From contig JAGVYW010000003.1 in the NCBI GenBank assembly GCA_018303075.1, positions 1,598 to 65,597 of the forward strand: a DNA stretch of 64,000 bases. Direction: 5' to 3'. This stretch comes from Candidatus Woesearchaeota archaeon (GTDB taxonomy: Archaea; Nanobdellota; Nanobdellia; Woesearchaeales; DSVV01). The notes beneath the pieces were generated by a model. That model saw nothing but the letters and a program-made list of their open reading frames with translations, ran no database searches and was not told the origin of the DNA. Positions within the stretch are counted from its first letter, which is position 1; every line of letters starts with the position of its first letter. The position numbers were made by a program, and so were the translations under genes. Below, in pieces: positions 46,618 to 57,139 of the stretch.

Positions 46618-47655
46618 ATGTTAACTGTTAAAGTTTTATTGCGAGATGCTGAGAAAGTAAAACAGTATCTGTTTGAGAAGAAGCTTTTTGATAATAGATT
46701 TGTTTTAGAAAGAGATAAAGAATATATCTATTTCCCTATAATAAAAAAATTTAGTCACTTCGTTCCTAAGATTTTTTTATCATTTCAAGAAAGAAGAGAT
46801 AAACTTAAAATATGTCAAGAACATGATCTGCGAAAAGTTCTTGAGAAAAAACTTACAAAAAAAGAATTAGAACATCTTAAGACTGCATTTGATATTGTTG
46901 GAGATATTGCTATTCTTGAAATTGATGATCAGCTTGTTAAAAAGCAAAAGCTTATTGCTAAAACAGTTTTGATATTGCATAGCAATATCAAAACTGTTGT
47001 AAAGAAGAAAGGAGAGCATAAAGGAAAATTGCGGATACAAGAACATATTTATTTAGCAGGAGAAAAAAAGTTTGAAACAATCCATAAAGAAAATGGTGTG
47101 TTGCTGAAGCTTGATATCAATAAAGTATATTTCTCTCCAAGAATGGCTTCTGAAAGAAAAAGAATAATGGAGCAGGTGAAAAAAGGAGAAACTGTGCTTG
47201 TTATGTTTTCTGGGATTGGGCCATACTGCTGTGTGTTTGGAAAAAATAGTCTGGCTAAAGAAGTTTATGGTATTGAATTGAATAAAGCTGGGCATAAGTA
47301 TGCAATTGAGAATGTGCAGCTGAATAAATTACAAAATGTCATGCTGTTACAAGGAGATGTGCATAATGTTGTTAAGAAATTTGTTGCAGAGAAGAAAGTC
47401 TTTGACAGAATATTGATGCCTTTACCAAAAGGAGCAGAAGACTTTTTATCAGATGCGTTAGCAGTTGCACATAAAAATACAATTATACATTTTTATGACT
47501 TTTTGTACGAGAAAGATTTTGACAAAGCTTTACGGAAGATTGAAAAATCTTGCAAGAAAGCGAAGAAAAAATATAAAATATTACGATTAGTAAAGTGCGG
47601 ACAGCATTCTCCGTATGTGTTTAGAATATGCGTTGATTTTCAATTGCTTGGGTAA
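46618..47655 (+). CDS. trm5: tRNA (m1G37) methyltransferase Trm5/Taw22 family
   Basis: Class I MTase MFSGIGPY, Met-10+ like architecture. Confidence 0.7.
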   Translation: MLTVKVLLRDAEKVKQYLFEKKLFDNRFVLERDKEYIYFPIIKKFSHFVPKIFLSFQERRDKLKICQEHDLRKVLEKKLTKKELEHLKTAFDIVGDIAILEIDDQLVKKQKLIAKTVLILHSNIKTVVKKKGEHKGKLRIQEHIYLAGEKKFETIHKENGVLLKLDINKVYFSPRMASERKRIMEQVKKGETVLVMFSGIGPYCCVFGKNSLAKEVYGIELNKAGHKYAIENVQLNKLQNVMLLQGDVHNVVKKFVAEKKVFDRILMPLPKGAEDFLSDALAVAHKNTIIHFYDFLYEKDFDKALRKIEKSCKKAKKKYKILRLVKCGQHSPYVFRICVDFQLLG

Positions 47656-47699
47656 ATTATTTTGAGATTATATTGAGAAATCAGTTACTTCTCTGTCAA

Positions 47700-48464
47700 T
47701 TAATCGTTCTTCTGCCAAAAAACCATTTTTTGTTCAATATAATCAACGAAATAAAAAAACAATACACCTGCTAATGAAATCATCACTATCCCTGAAAACA
47801 TTAAGCTAGTATCCAAATAGTACGATGCATTGACGATAAGATGTCCTATTCCCATGGATGAGCCAGTAAATTCTGCTATGGTTGCACCAACTACTGATAA
47901 TGTTGTGGATATTTTTAGAGCTGTAAAAATATATGGCAGTGCGTTTGGGAGTCGTAATTTAGTAAAAACTTGCCATTTTGATGCAGAAAGAGAACGAAAT
48001 AAATCATAACTCTCTTGTTCGACTGAAGTAAGTCCTTTTACTGTATTCACTAAGATAGGAAAAAATGCCACTAATGCAGACATTACTATCTTTGAAAATA
48101 TTCCACTGCCAAACCACATAACTAAAAGTGGAGCAAGTGCATACAAAGGTGTTGCCTTCAAAGCAATAGCGTAAGGATAAAATGCTTGCTTAGCTTTTGA
48201 AAAATACACAAATAATATCGCTATTAATATCCCAATCAATGTTCCTATTATAAAACCAAACAAAGCTTCGATCATAGTAATGCTTGTATGTTTGATAAGA
48301 ATGTTCCAGTTGGTGATAATTGAAATCAAAATGGTATATGGATCCGGAAGAATAATCTTGTTTATATTAAAAACATCTGTGGAGATTTCCCATATTCCTA
48401 TAATTACCACAAATGCTAATAATGGTAATCTCCATGAATTTATTCTATTCTTTCTCTTATCCAT
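47700..48464 (-). CDS. ABC transporter permease (NitT/TauT family)
   Basis: 6 TM, EAA-like loop; overlaps ATPase gene. Confidence 0.75.
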   Translation of the reverse strand: MDKRKNRINSWRLPLLAFVVIIGIWEISTDVFNINKIILPDPYTILISIITNWNILIKHTSITMIEALFGFIIGTLIGILIAILFVYFSKAKQAFYPYAIALKATPLYALAPLLVMWFGSGIFSKIVMSALVAFFPILVNTVKGLTSVEQESYDLFRSLSASKWQVFTKLRLPNALPYIFTALKISTTLSVVGATIAEFTGSSMGIGHLIVNASYYLDTSLMFSGIVMISLAGVLFFYFVDYIEQKMVFWQKND

Positions 48465-49177
48465 TTTACATACCGTTGAAATTCCAGAGTTTCTTTTATT
48501 TCTAACTTTCTAGATCTTGGTAAATCTATACTTAAAATCTCTTTAACTTTTGCAGGTCTTTTTGTCAGAATAATTATTCTGTCAGAAAGAAAAACTGCGT
48601 CTGAGATAGAATGAGTAACAAAAATAATAGTTGGTCTTAATTCTTTCCAGATTTTTAATAATTCAAGATTCAATCTATTTCTGTTTACCTCATCAAGTGA
48701 ACTAAACGGTTCATCCATCAACAATAAAGTTGGATTCAAAATTAAAGCTCTCGCTATTGCTACTCGTTGCTGCATTCCACCTGATAATTCATCTGGATAG
48801 TTGTTCTCAAATTCTTGCAATCCAACAAGATGTATCTTTTCATAAACATTTTTATTCAATGGTAAATTATTTAATTCATTAGGAAGTTGAATATTCTCTT
48901 TTATTTTCCTCCAGGGTAATAATATTGGATTCTGGAATACAATACTCAATCTTTGAGGCGATTTTTGGTTAGTTGCTTTATCATTCAGCAGAATTTGACC
49001 TTTTGTTGGTTCTAATAAACCTGCAATCAATTTTAGAAGTGTTGTTTTTCCGCAGCCACTTGGCCCAATAATTGAAATGAATTCTCCTTTATTGATGGAT
49101 AAATTAATATCTTCTATTGTTAACAGTGAAATTTTATCGTTCTGCCATGTTTTATGAATATTCTTTAACTCAATCAT
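48440..49177 (-). CDS. ABC transporter ATP-binding protein (NitT/TauT family)
   Basis: Walker A GPSGCGKTT, signature LSGGMQQRVAIARAL, Walker B LLLMDEPFSSLD. Confidence 0.85.
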   Translation of the reverse strand: MIELKNIHKTWQNDKISLLTIEDINLSINKGEFISIIGPSGCGKTTLLKLIAGLLEPTKGQILLNDKATNQKSPQRLSIVFQNPILLPWRKIKENIQLPNELNNLPLNKNVYEKIHLVGLQEFENNYPDELSGGMQQRVAIARALILNPTLLLMDEPFSSLDEVNRNRLNLELLKIWKELRPTIIFVTHSISDAVFLSDRIIILTKRPAKVKEILSIDLPRSRKLEIKETLEFQRYVKWIRERIE

Positions 49178-49199
49178 TTTGCCTCAAAAATAAAGAAAT

Positions 49200-50000
49200 T
49201 TAAGAATAGATTTCATCAAGGAATTTGGTTGTGAATGCATTGCTAACATCAAAATCGTTTGCTAAAACTTTTTCTTCTTTTAACCTGTCATACGTTTCTT
49301 GGAACATTTTTTTGTCCATGTATCCTGGAGGATATTGTTTGGTAGCACTTGTTACTTTATTGTATTCCTCTAACCTTTCGCGTTCAATTTCTTTATTTAG
49401 GATTACTTCTCTTTTCAACACATATTCTAAGGCAGTATCAGGATTGTTGACAGTATATTCAACACCTTTGAGTGTAGCCTTCAAGAATTTCTTAACTAAT
49501 TCAGGATTATTCTTAATCATATCTTCAGTAGTGAAAATAGTATAACCATGCGTGTTGATCCCATAATCTTTAGGGGTGATTACATTGATTCCAATACCTT
49601 TCTTAGGAAGATTTATGCCTGCGGTTGTTCTAAACGCCCATTCTGCATCTATTTGCCCAGCAATAAGCGGATTGTAATTAAATCCAACATCAACCTCTTC
49701 AACATTTATGTTGTTCTTTCTTAAGACATTCCTCAATACATCTGTGGAAATATGTCCATAAAAAAAGCCAACTTTTTTACCCTGTAAATCTTCTAATTTG
49801 GTTAATCCAGAACTTTTTAATGTTAGAATAACTGGGAAATTAGAATCTTTATGAATTACACCTATTGCAACGAGTAGCTGACCATTAGATCTTGCCACTA
49901 ACAAAGTATCAGGACCACCCATATTTGCACACCCAACTAAACTAACTATGAGTAAGATACTAACTAATAAATTAATCATCTGCCTATTTGTCAGTTTCAT
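49200..50000 (-). CDS. ABC transporter substrate-binding lipoprotein (NMT1/SsuA-like)
   Basis: Lipobox-like LVGC after signal peptide; periplasmic-binding fold. Confidence 0.65.
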   Translation of the reverse strand: MKLTNRQMINLLVSILLIVSLVGCANMGGPDTLLVARSNGQLLVAIGVIHKDSNFPVILTLKSSGLTKLEDLQGKKVGFFYGHISTDVLRNVLRKNNINVEEVDVGFNYNPLIAGQIDAEWAFRTTAGINLPKKGIGINVITPKDYGINTHGYTIFTTEDMIKNNPELVKKFLKATLKGVEYTVNNPDTALEYVLKREVILNKEIERERLEEYNKVTSATKQYPPGYMDKKMFQETYDRLKEEKVLANDFDVSNAFTTKFLDEIYS

Positions 50001-50109
50001 CTTTTCATCACGGAGAAAAATAATACTTAAAACTATATTAATATTCCCACCCCCTATGGTGGTGATGATTTCAAAAGATTTATAAATTTCCTACAATTAT
50101 AGGTATTAC

Positions 50110-50859
50110 ATGGATACAGAAATATTAGAACAAATAGGGTTAAGCAAAAATGAGATTAAGATATATTTCACGTTATTAGAGTTGGAACAATCAACAGCTA
50201 CCCCAATTGTCAAGAAATCAGGAATTCCAAACTCTAAAATTTATCCAACGCTTGACAAATTAATAAAAAGAGGGTTAGTTTCATATGTTATTAAAAATAA
50301 TGTTAAATCCTTCCAAGCCTCAGATCCTAAGAATCTTATAGATATTTTGAGTACTAAAGAAAAACTTATAGCACAACAAAAAAATGAGATAGAAAAGTTA
50401 ATCCCTGAAATTGAACGTAAAAGAAAATTTGCTAAAGAAAAACAAGAAGCAACTATTTACGAGGGATTAGACGGGATAAAAGCCGCTTTTAATCATCTTC
50501 TTACCATAGTTCAAAAAGAAAAAGAATATTATGTTTTTACGCTTGGTGAAGAACTAGCAAGAGAAGACCTTAGAAGATTTTTCCAGAATTACCACAAAAA
50601 AAGAATAGAAAAAAAGATTAAAGTAAAATTGATTGCAAATGGAAAGATAAGAGAAACATTTACAAAGTATCATAAATATAGGAATATGAGAATAAAATAT
50701 TCAAAACAAAAATTGCCAACAGGTATTTTCATTTATGAAGATTGTGTTATGACTGTGGTTTGGAAGGGAGAACCGACTGCGTTTATAATAAAATCAAAAA
50801 ATAACGCTCAGCGATACAAAGAATTTTTTAATGAAATTTGGGAAAAGACAAATAATTAA
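50110..50859 (+). CDS. TrmB-family transcriptional regulator
   Basis: N-terminal LSKNEIKIYFTLLELEQSTATPIVKKSGIPNSKIYPTLDKLIKRGLV wHTH. Confidence 0.7.
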   Translation: MDTEILEQIGLSKNEIKIYFTLLELEQSTATPIVKKSGIPNSKIYPTLDKLIKRGLVSYVIKNNVKSFQASDPKNLIDILSTKEKLIAQQKNEIEKLIPEIERKRKFAKEKQEATIYEGLDGIKAAFNHLLTIVQKEKEYYVFTLGEELAREDLRRFFQNYHKKRIEKKIKVKLIANGKIRETFTKYHKYRNMRIKYSKQKLPTGIFIYEDCVMTVVWKGEPTAFIIKSKNNAQRYKEFFNEIWEKTNN

Positions 50860-50943
50860 TCTTTTATGAATATAAAGAAGAACTAATTACGAAATCCATC
50901 AATAAACAACAATATTTATATAGTTATTCGTAATCTTTTAATT

Positions 50944-51345
50944 ATGGATGAACTAGATCATAAAATATTACACGCTTTGCAGAAAGATTCACGTGTTGCT
51001 TTTCTACAATTGGCAAAGCAGTTTAATGTTACTGAAGGTACAATAAGGCATCGTGTCAAAAAGCTGCAAGAAGAAGGTGTACTGCAGCAGTTTACTATCA
51101 AGATAAGGTCTGATGCTTCTTGTATTATTGAGATTATAACTACTGCGCATGTGCCAACTGCTGTTATCAGCCAAAAAATCAAACAATTAGGTGTTTCACA
51201 AATCTATGAAGTTGCAGGAAGGGCAAGTATTGTTTGTGTGCTTCAAGCGAAGAATCTGGAAGAGATAAATGAGATTATTGAGAAGATCAGAGTTATCAAA
51301 GGCGTGATGCAGACAGAAACTTTGCCTATATTGAAAATAATATAA
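50944..51345 (+). CDS. Lrp/AsnC-family transcriptional regulator
   Basis: LDHKILHALQKDSRVAFLQLAKQFNVTEGTIRHRVKKLQEEGVL HTH + RAM domain, 133 aa. Confidence 0.8.
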   Translation: MDELDHKILHALQKDSRVAFLQLAKQFNVTEGTIRHRVKKLQEEGVLQQFTIKIRSDASCIIEIITTAHVPTAVISQKIKQLGVSQIYEVAGRASIVCVLQAKNLEEINEIIEKIRVIKGVMQTETLPILKII

Positions 51346-51430
51346 TTTTTGCGACTTAATTTTTGCGAATTCACTTCGTTCATTCAGCAAAAATTATCAT
51401 AGGGAGAGAAGGAAAGATAGGGAATTAGTT

Positions 51431-52687
51431 ATGGAGATTAAAAAAAATAAACTTTATTTTGGAAAATATTGTGCTGAAGATCTGCTGAAGAAATTTGGCT
51501 GTCCTTTGTATGTGTATGAAGAAGAAATTATTCGATGTCAGATTAAAAAGTTAAAGAATTGTATAAACTACAATTCTTTAAAATTATATTATGCATGCAA
51601 AGCAAATACAAATCTGGCAATCATGAAAATAATGTTAGAAGAAGGATGCTGCATTGATACAGTCTCTTGTGGAGAAGTTTATGCAGCTCTGAAAGCAGGG
51701 TTTAAAGCTGAGCAAATATTGTATACTGGCAATAATGTGACTGATGATGAATTCAGATGGCTGATCGAAAGAGAAATTTTGGTTAATATTGGAAGTTTAA
51801 GTGAATTGGCAAGATATGGCAGAATTAATCAAGAGATTGGGAGTAAAGCGAAGACCAATAAGATCTGTGTAAGGATAAATTCAGATGCAGGAGCTGGGTT
51901 TCATGATCATGTAATAACTAGCGGTGTTGACTGTAAATTTGGGATTTATTATAAATATATAGATGAGATTATTGCAAAAGCCAACCAATATAAATTAAAA
52001 ATAATAGGGATACATCATCATATTGGTTCAGGGATACTTGATGTTGAAACATTCTTATATTCTATGAATGTTTTGTTAAAGTATGCTGTCAAATTTAAAG
52101 AGCTGGAGTTTGTTGATTTTGGCGGCGGATTTGGTGTACCTTATAATCATGAGAAAAAATTAAATATTGATGTTCTTGGAATGAAAATAAAACAAGTCTT
52201 TGAAAAATTCTGTGTAAAGTATGGAAAAGAACTAAGTCTGTTTTTTGAGCCAGGAAGATATTTAGTTGCAGAGGCAGGTGTGCTGCTCTGCAGGGTAAAT
52301 ACATTAAATAAGACGCCAAAATATGAGTTTGTTGGGGTTGATACTGGGTTTAATCATTTAGTAAGGGTTGTGATGTATGGAAGCTACCATGAGATAATAA
52401 ATGCGTCTAATCTTGATGATACTAAGAAGAAATATATAGTTGGTGGAAATATCTGCGAGTCAGGAGATATTTTTACAATGGATTCAAAAGGATTAAAATT
52501 GAGAGAAATTTCTAATATAAAAGAAGGTGATGTTTTAGCAATATTAACTGCTGGAGCATATGGTATGAGCATGGCTTCAAATTATAATATGAGAGTGCTG
52601 CCTGCTGAAGTGCTGATAAATAGAGAAGATGCTAAGCTGATCAGAAGACGGCAGAGTTTTGATGATTTATTGAAAGAGCAGATATAA
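51431..52687 (+). CDS. PLP-dependent decarboxylase, Orn/DAP/Arg family (LysA-like)
   Basis: YYACKANTN PLP-lysine motif, GGGFGVPY, EPGRYLVAEAG. Confidence 0.75.
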   Translation: MEIKKNKLYFGKYCAEDLLKKFGCPLYVYEEEIIRCQIKKLKNCINYNSLKLYYACKANTNLAIMKIMLEEGCCIDTVSCGEVYAALKAGFKAEQILYTGNNVTDDEFRWLIEREILVNIGSLSELARYGRINQEIGSKAKTNKICVRINSDAGAGFHDHVITSGVDCKFGIYYKYIDEIIAKANQYKLKIIGIHHHIGSGILDVETFLYSMNVLLKYAVKFKELEFVDFGGGFGVPYNHEKKLNIDVLGMKIKQVFEKFCVKYGKELSLFFEPGRYLVAEAGVLLCRVNTLNKTPKYEFVGVDTGFNHLVRVVMYGSYHEIINASNLDDTKKKYIVGGNICESGDIFTMDSKGLKLREISNIKEGDVLAILTAGAYGMSMASNYNMRVLPAEVLINREDAKLIRRRQSFDDLLKEQI

Positions 52688-52934
52688 AATAAGTGCAATC
52701 CAAAAAATAGAATGCATATGCAAAAAGCAATTATACTTTGGTTGTTGGGGATGGATCGAGTAATTTAAAAAAGACATATGCTCATAAGTTACTTCCGTAA
52801 ATCATTGGGTTCAACCTCAGATGGTGTTCACATATTCACTGCATATGCCATAATTGTTAAGAAAACTGTGTTTTTTAAAAACTTTCTGTTTTAAATCACA
52901 ATAATTATAAATAAGAGAATCCATAAAAATAATT

Positions 52935-53474
52935 ATGCCATTTGCTGTAACTCATATATTGGTTCCGATTGTGATTGTTGATTTGATTAGGCATCATATT
53001 CTTGAAAAAGAACATATTCAGAAACATTCATTTTCTATGTGGTATGTGCTTATTGCAGGATTAGCTGGGCTGTTGCCAGATATTGATTTTGTCGTGCAGT
53101 GGGTGTATAATTATCTGTTTAGCACTAATATATATATTCATAGAACATTTACCCATACAATTTATCCAGTTATAGCTGTGTTTGTATTTGCAGTGCTTTT
53201 TTATGTATGGAAATTTAAGTTATTTGGGTTTACAAACAAACAATATTCATTGTTATTCTTTATGCTGTTTGCTGGTTTTTTTACACACGTGTTATTGGAC
53301 TGCTCAATCACTGGAGAGATTGATCTTTTGTATCCTTTTGAAGAAACATCTTTCTGCAGAGGATTAATCAGAGAAGATATCAGCGGCGTAAAATTAGCTG
53401 GGTTAGATGCAATTCTTCTGATAATTTGGTTGATTTATGAAGAGCAAAGGCATAAGATTAGAGATTTTCTTTAA
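52935..53474 (+). CDS. membrane-bound metal-dependent hydrolase, DUF457/YdjM-like
   Basis: MPFAVTHILV N-terminus and 4-5 TM with His residues. Confidence 0.4.
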   Translation: MPFAVTHILVPIVIVDLIRHHILEKEHIQKHSFSMWYVLIAGLAGLLPDIDFVVQWVYNYLFSTNIYIHRTFTHTIYPVIAVFVFAVLFYVWKFKLFGFTNKQYSLLFFMLFAGFFTHVLLDCSITGEIDLLYPFEETSFCRGLIREDISGVKLAGLDAILLIIWLIYEEQRHKIRDFL

Positions 53475-53499
53475 AGCAATATTGAAATAATCTATAAAT

Positions 53500-53769
53500 C
53501 TATATTTTTTTATTATTTTGCAGATTATACTTGTGGTAGTTTGGAAGATTAATAATCAAATAATACATTGAAATACCAACCCAAATAAATTCTAAAGCAA
53601 TGAAAATATAACTTTGGATAACAATTGCATAGACACCAAGGATTAAAGAGCCAATTAGATTTAAAAGATTATATTCTCTATGTTTCTTATCATATTTGCC
53701 TGTGTTTTCATGGTAAAATGCAAATAATAGCAAAATTAGTCCAATCGATGCAAATATTTCGATATACAT
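53500..53769 (-). CDS. small 3-TM membrane protein
   Basis: Hydrophobic ORF. Confidence 0.35.
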   Translation of the reverse strand: MYIEIFASIGLILLLFAFYHENTGKYDKKHREYNLLNLIGSLILGVYAIVIQSYIFIALEFIWVGISMYYLIINLPNYHKYNLQNNKKI

Positions 53770-53812
53770 ATTTAACCTCTTTAACTTTTTGTCCTATTTT
53801 TAATCATCATTT

Positions 53813-54961
53813 TTATCCAAACATTTCGATGTATGTTTTATCTTCTTGTTCTTTTTGTTTTACTTTTTCTACTGCATCAAGCAAGTCTTTTCCAGTTATC
53901 TTTTCTCTGTTTTTCCTAATCGCAAAATAACCTGCTTCTGTACATACTGCGCGTACTTCTGCACCAGAAAAGTTTTCCATCTTTTTAATTATCTTCTCAA
54001 TATTTATTGCTTTGTCAAGATTCATAGGTTTTGTATGAATCTCAAATATCTTTTTTAAACCTTCTTTATTGGGAAGAGAAACTTCAATCAATCTGTCAAA
54101 TCTTCCTGGCCGTATCAATGCCGGATCTAAAATATCTTTTCTGTTAGTGCAACCAACAATCTTAACATTGCCTAGGTTTTTGAAACCATCTAATTCAGCA
54201 AGCAGCTGCATAAATGTTCTTTGGACTTCTCTTTCTCCAGAGGTGCCAAGCTCGATTCTTTTTGAAGCTAATGCGTCAATCTCATCAATAAATACAATGC
54301 TTGGTGCCTTGTCTCTTGCAAGCTGAAAAATCTCTTTTATTAATTTTGCACCTTCTCCTATAAACTTCTGGACTAATTCAGAACCAACAATCTCAATGAA
54401 TGTGCTGTTTGTTGAATTTGCAACTGCTTTTGCAAGCAATGTTTTTCCTGTTCCAGGAGGACCATATAATAAAATTCCTTTCGGAGGAGTAATGCCTATT
54501 TTCTTGAATAATTCTGGATTTTTTAATGGTAATTCAACAACTTCTTTAATCTCTTGTATCTGAGAATCAAGACCACCTAAATCAGACCAAACAATCTGTG
54601 GTTTTTCCATGATTACAAATTTTTCAACATTAAATCTTCTATTACTATTTATCTTTCTGATAACTGTCAGATTTTTTTGTTCAACTAATACTGTATCGCC
54701 AGTCTTTATGTTTTTGCAGTCGCTCATAATATTTACATAGAACTTATTTCCATTTGGTGTTTTAATTATTGCTTTGTCCTCTATCATATCTGCAATATCA
54801 CATACCATCAATGCTGGCAGCTTTAATTTTTCAATCTCATTCTGTAATTGAGAAACAGTTTCTCTTAGAAGCTTATTTTCACTTTCTAATCTACTAGTGT
54901 TTATAGTATAACTGAACATAACACTTTCTAATGGATCTTTTGTATTTGATTTTGCTTCCAT
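53813..54961 (-). CDS. pan: proteasome-activating nucleotidase PAN (AAA+ ATPase)
   Basis: N-terminal coiled coil, OB domain, Walker A GPPGTGKTLLAKA, Walker B IVFIDEIDA. Confidence 0.85.
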   Translation of the reverse strand: MEAKSNTKDPLESVMFSYTINTSRLESENKLLRETVSQLQNEIEKLKLPALMVCDIADMIEDKAIIKTPNGNKFYVNIMSDCKNIKTGDTVLVEQKNLTVIRKINSNRRFNVEKFVIMEKPQIVWSDLGGLDSQIQEIKEVVELPLKNPELFKKIGITPPKGILLYGPPGTGKTLLAKAVANSTNSTFIEIVGSELVQKFIGEGAKLIKEIFQLARDKAPSIVFIDEIDALASKRIELGTSGEREVQRTFMQLLAELDGFKNLGNVKIVGCTNRKDILDPALIRPGRFDRLIEVSLPNKEGLKKIFEIHTKPMNLDKAINIEKIIKKMENFSGAEVRAVCTEAGYFAIRKNREKITGKDLLDAVEKVKQKEQEDKTYIEMFG

Positions 54962-55009
54962 TGTTTTATGATTTATCGTAAAGTATATATATTTTTGTAT
55001 TTTTCGAGT

Positions 55010-56104
55010 TCACTGTATAATCATAAGCTGTTCAGTTGATTTTGTTAATTTTTCTAATCCATTTTTTGTGATTATATAATCATCTTCAATACGGATACCT
55101 AATTCTTCTGAAAAATAAATGCCAGGTTCGATGGTGAATACTGCATTCTCCAGAAATATGTCTTTTGATCTGCAGCTTATATTAGGTGATTCATGAACAT
55201 CTAAACCAACACCATGGCCTAAGCCGTGTATAAACTTCTTTTGCAGGATTCCCAGTTCTTTTCTAGCTGCTTTTTCTGCTGTACTGCATCTCTTGTTTAA
55301 TCTGATGCTAAATTCTGCTGCTTTTTTTGTTGATAATACTGTCTTGTAAAGTTTTATCTGTTTTGCAGTGGGTTTGCCAATGAAAACTGTCCGTGTCATA
55401 TCAGAACAATATTCTTTGTATTTACAGCCAAAATCTATAATACAAAAACCATTGTTCAATGGAATATCTTTAGGCAGATAATGCGGAATTGCTGCGTTTT
55501 TTCCAGAAGCAATAATTGTTGGAAATGATTCAGTAACATTGTAATGATAGAATCTTTGTCTAATGAAATCTGCAATGTTTTGCTCTGTCTTGAAGTTCTT
55601 GAAATTGTTTAATATCTCTGTAAATACCTTATCTGTAATTTCACATGCTTTTTTGATGAATTCTTGCTCTTGTTTTGTTTTTTGCTGCCGTATCTTTGTT
55701 AGTATATCAGAGCAATCAATCATTTTTGTATTGAGGACTTTCTTAAACTTGTTGTATTCGTTTATTATCATACAGTTAAAATTGACTGCAAGTTTTTTTA
55801 TCTTTTCTTTCTTTAGCTGGTAATTGATCATCCTAGAAATTGGTTTGTTTATTACAACAACTTCATAAGGCAAAATATTCTTTACTCTTTCTGATTCTAA
55901 GATAGAGGTATATACTATAACTTTTTTCTGTCCTGCTAAAATCAATAAAAAACAATATTCTATATCTAATCCTGTAAGATAATATAGATGTTTATCTTTA
56001 TTGGCGAGATTATAAATTAATGCTGCATCAATCTTATTCTTGATCAATTCTGTTATAAATAAATTTATCTTCCTACTAGTATCCTGCATATTCTTGTTTA
56101 ACAA
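55010..56104 (-). CDS. Xaa-Pro aminopeptidase/dipeptidase (M24 family)
   Basis: HGLGHGVGLDVHE metal-binding motif, pita-bread C-domain. Confidence 0.75.
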   Translation of the reverse strand: MLNKNMQDTSRKINLFITELIKNKIDAALIYNLANKDKHLYYLTGLDIEYCFLLILAGQKKVIVYTSILESERVKNILPYEVVVINKPISRMINYQLKKEKIKKLAVNFNCMIINEYNKFKKVLNTKMIDCSDILTKIRQQKTKQEQEFIKKACEITDKVFTEILNNFKNFKTEQNIADFIRQRFYHYNVTESFPTIIASGKNAAIPHYLPKDIPLNNGFCIIDFGCKYKEYCSDMTRTVFIGKPTAKQIKLYKTVLSTKKAAEFSIRLNKRCSTAEKAARKELGILQKKFIHGLGHGVGLDVHESPNISCRSKDIFLENAVFTIEPGIYFSEELGIRIEDDYIITKNGLEKLTKSTEQLMIIQ

Positions 56105-56113
56105 TTGTTGTAT

Positions 56114-56980
56114 TTATAACTTTGCCTTTGCTTCTTGATTCAGATTCAATGCTTTAATCTCTTCTAAACATTCTTCAATATCATTTATAACTGTGCCAAC
56201 CATTGTCTTTTTCATAGGGTCAGTTCTTTCAATCTCATAGAGCTGTGCAATCTCTTGGAATATGTCTAAGAATTTCTTACCATTATCTTTTGGCAATGAA
56301 AATAATATATTCACAAATTCTTCTTCGTTTATATCTTCTACTTCATTAATATCCACTAGTTTTCCAGCTGTTTTTTCATCTAATAAGTTGAAGAATTCAT
56401 CTTCTGTAATTGCTGGAAATTTGCGTTTGATCTCTTCAGATGCTTTCATCGTCACTTCCATATTGTTTCTAAATGCTTCTAATAACCGAATTATTGGGTA
56501 GAAATCAACTTGTTTTGCTGTTTCTGTGTCATGCATTCTTGAATGATGCTCATCAAAGTCTTCTACGAATTTTAAGATATCAAATCTAAAAAATTCTTCT
56601 TCTTTCAAGTGTTCTGCTGTTTTCTCTTCCCATCTTGAAGTTATTGTACTTTTGTTCTCTAAAAGATAATTTCTAAAGAATGTTAAATCTACACCCTTTG
56701 CATCTGAAAAATCACATAAATCTAGGAATATCTGGAATACAACTGTTGTTTCAATAGCAGTTAAGTCCATGTAATCAAGATAATTTTGGAATAAATCGTC
56801 GAGATGTTCTTCTTTAAATTCCTTGAGATGCAATGCATTATCTGCAAGAAAATCTCTAAAATCACAGAAAAAGTCCTCCATATAAGTAGCAATTGTGCCA
56901 TGTTTATTCTCTAGAAAATCCCAAAATTCATTGTATAATTTATCATCCATTATATTCACCTCAAAAAAATTGCTTTGCAA
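56114..56980 (-). CDS. acidic hypothetical protein
   Basis: ORF only; many D/E, no motif recognised. Confidence 0.35.
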   Translation of the reverse strand: MQSNFFEVNIMDDKLYNEFWDFLENKHGTIATYMEDFFCDFRDFLADNALHLKEFKEEHLDDLFQNYLDYMDLTAIETTVVFQIFLDLCDFSDAKGVDLTFFRNYLLENKSTITSRWEEKTAEHLKEEEFFRFDILKFVEDFDEHHSRMHDTETAKQVDFYPIIRLLEAFRNNMEVTMKASEEIKRKFPAITEDEFFNLLDEKTAGKLVDINEVEDINEEEFVNILFSLPKDNGKKFLDIFQEIAQLYEIERTDPMKKTMVGTVINDIEECLEEIKALNLNQEAKAKL

Positions 56981-57139
56981 TTTTTTATCTACTTATAATC
57001 AGAAACGTTCACTATTGACTTTGTAGTCATAAATGAAGTTTTTTGTAATGCAATGTGCTATCCCTTTTTATTTGTTTCGGAGAAATAGTACTCCCTTGTT
57101 ACTCTTTTTGATGAAATAATCGACAGGGAGTTTGAATTT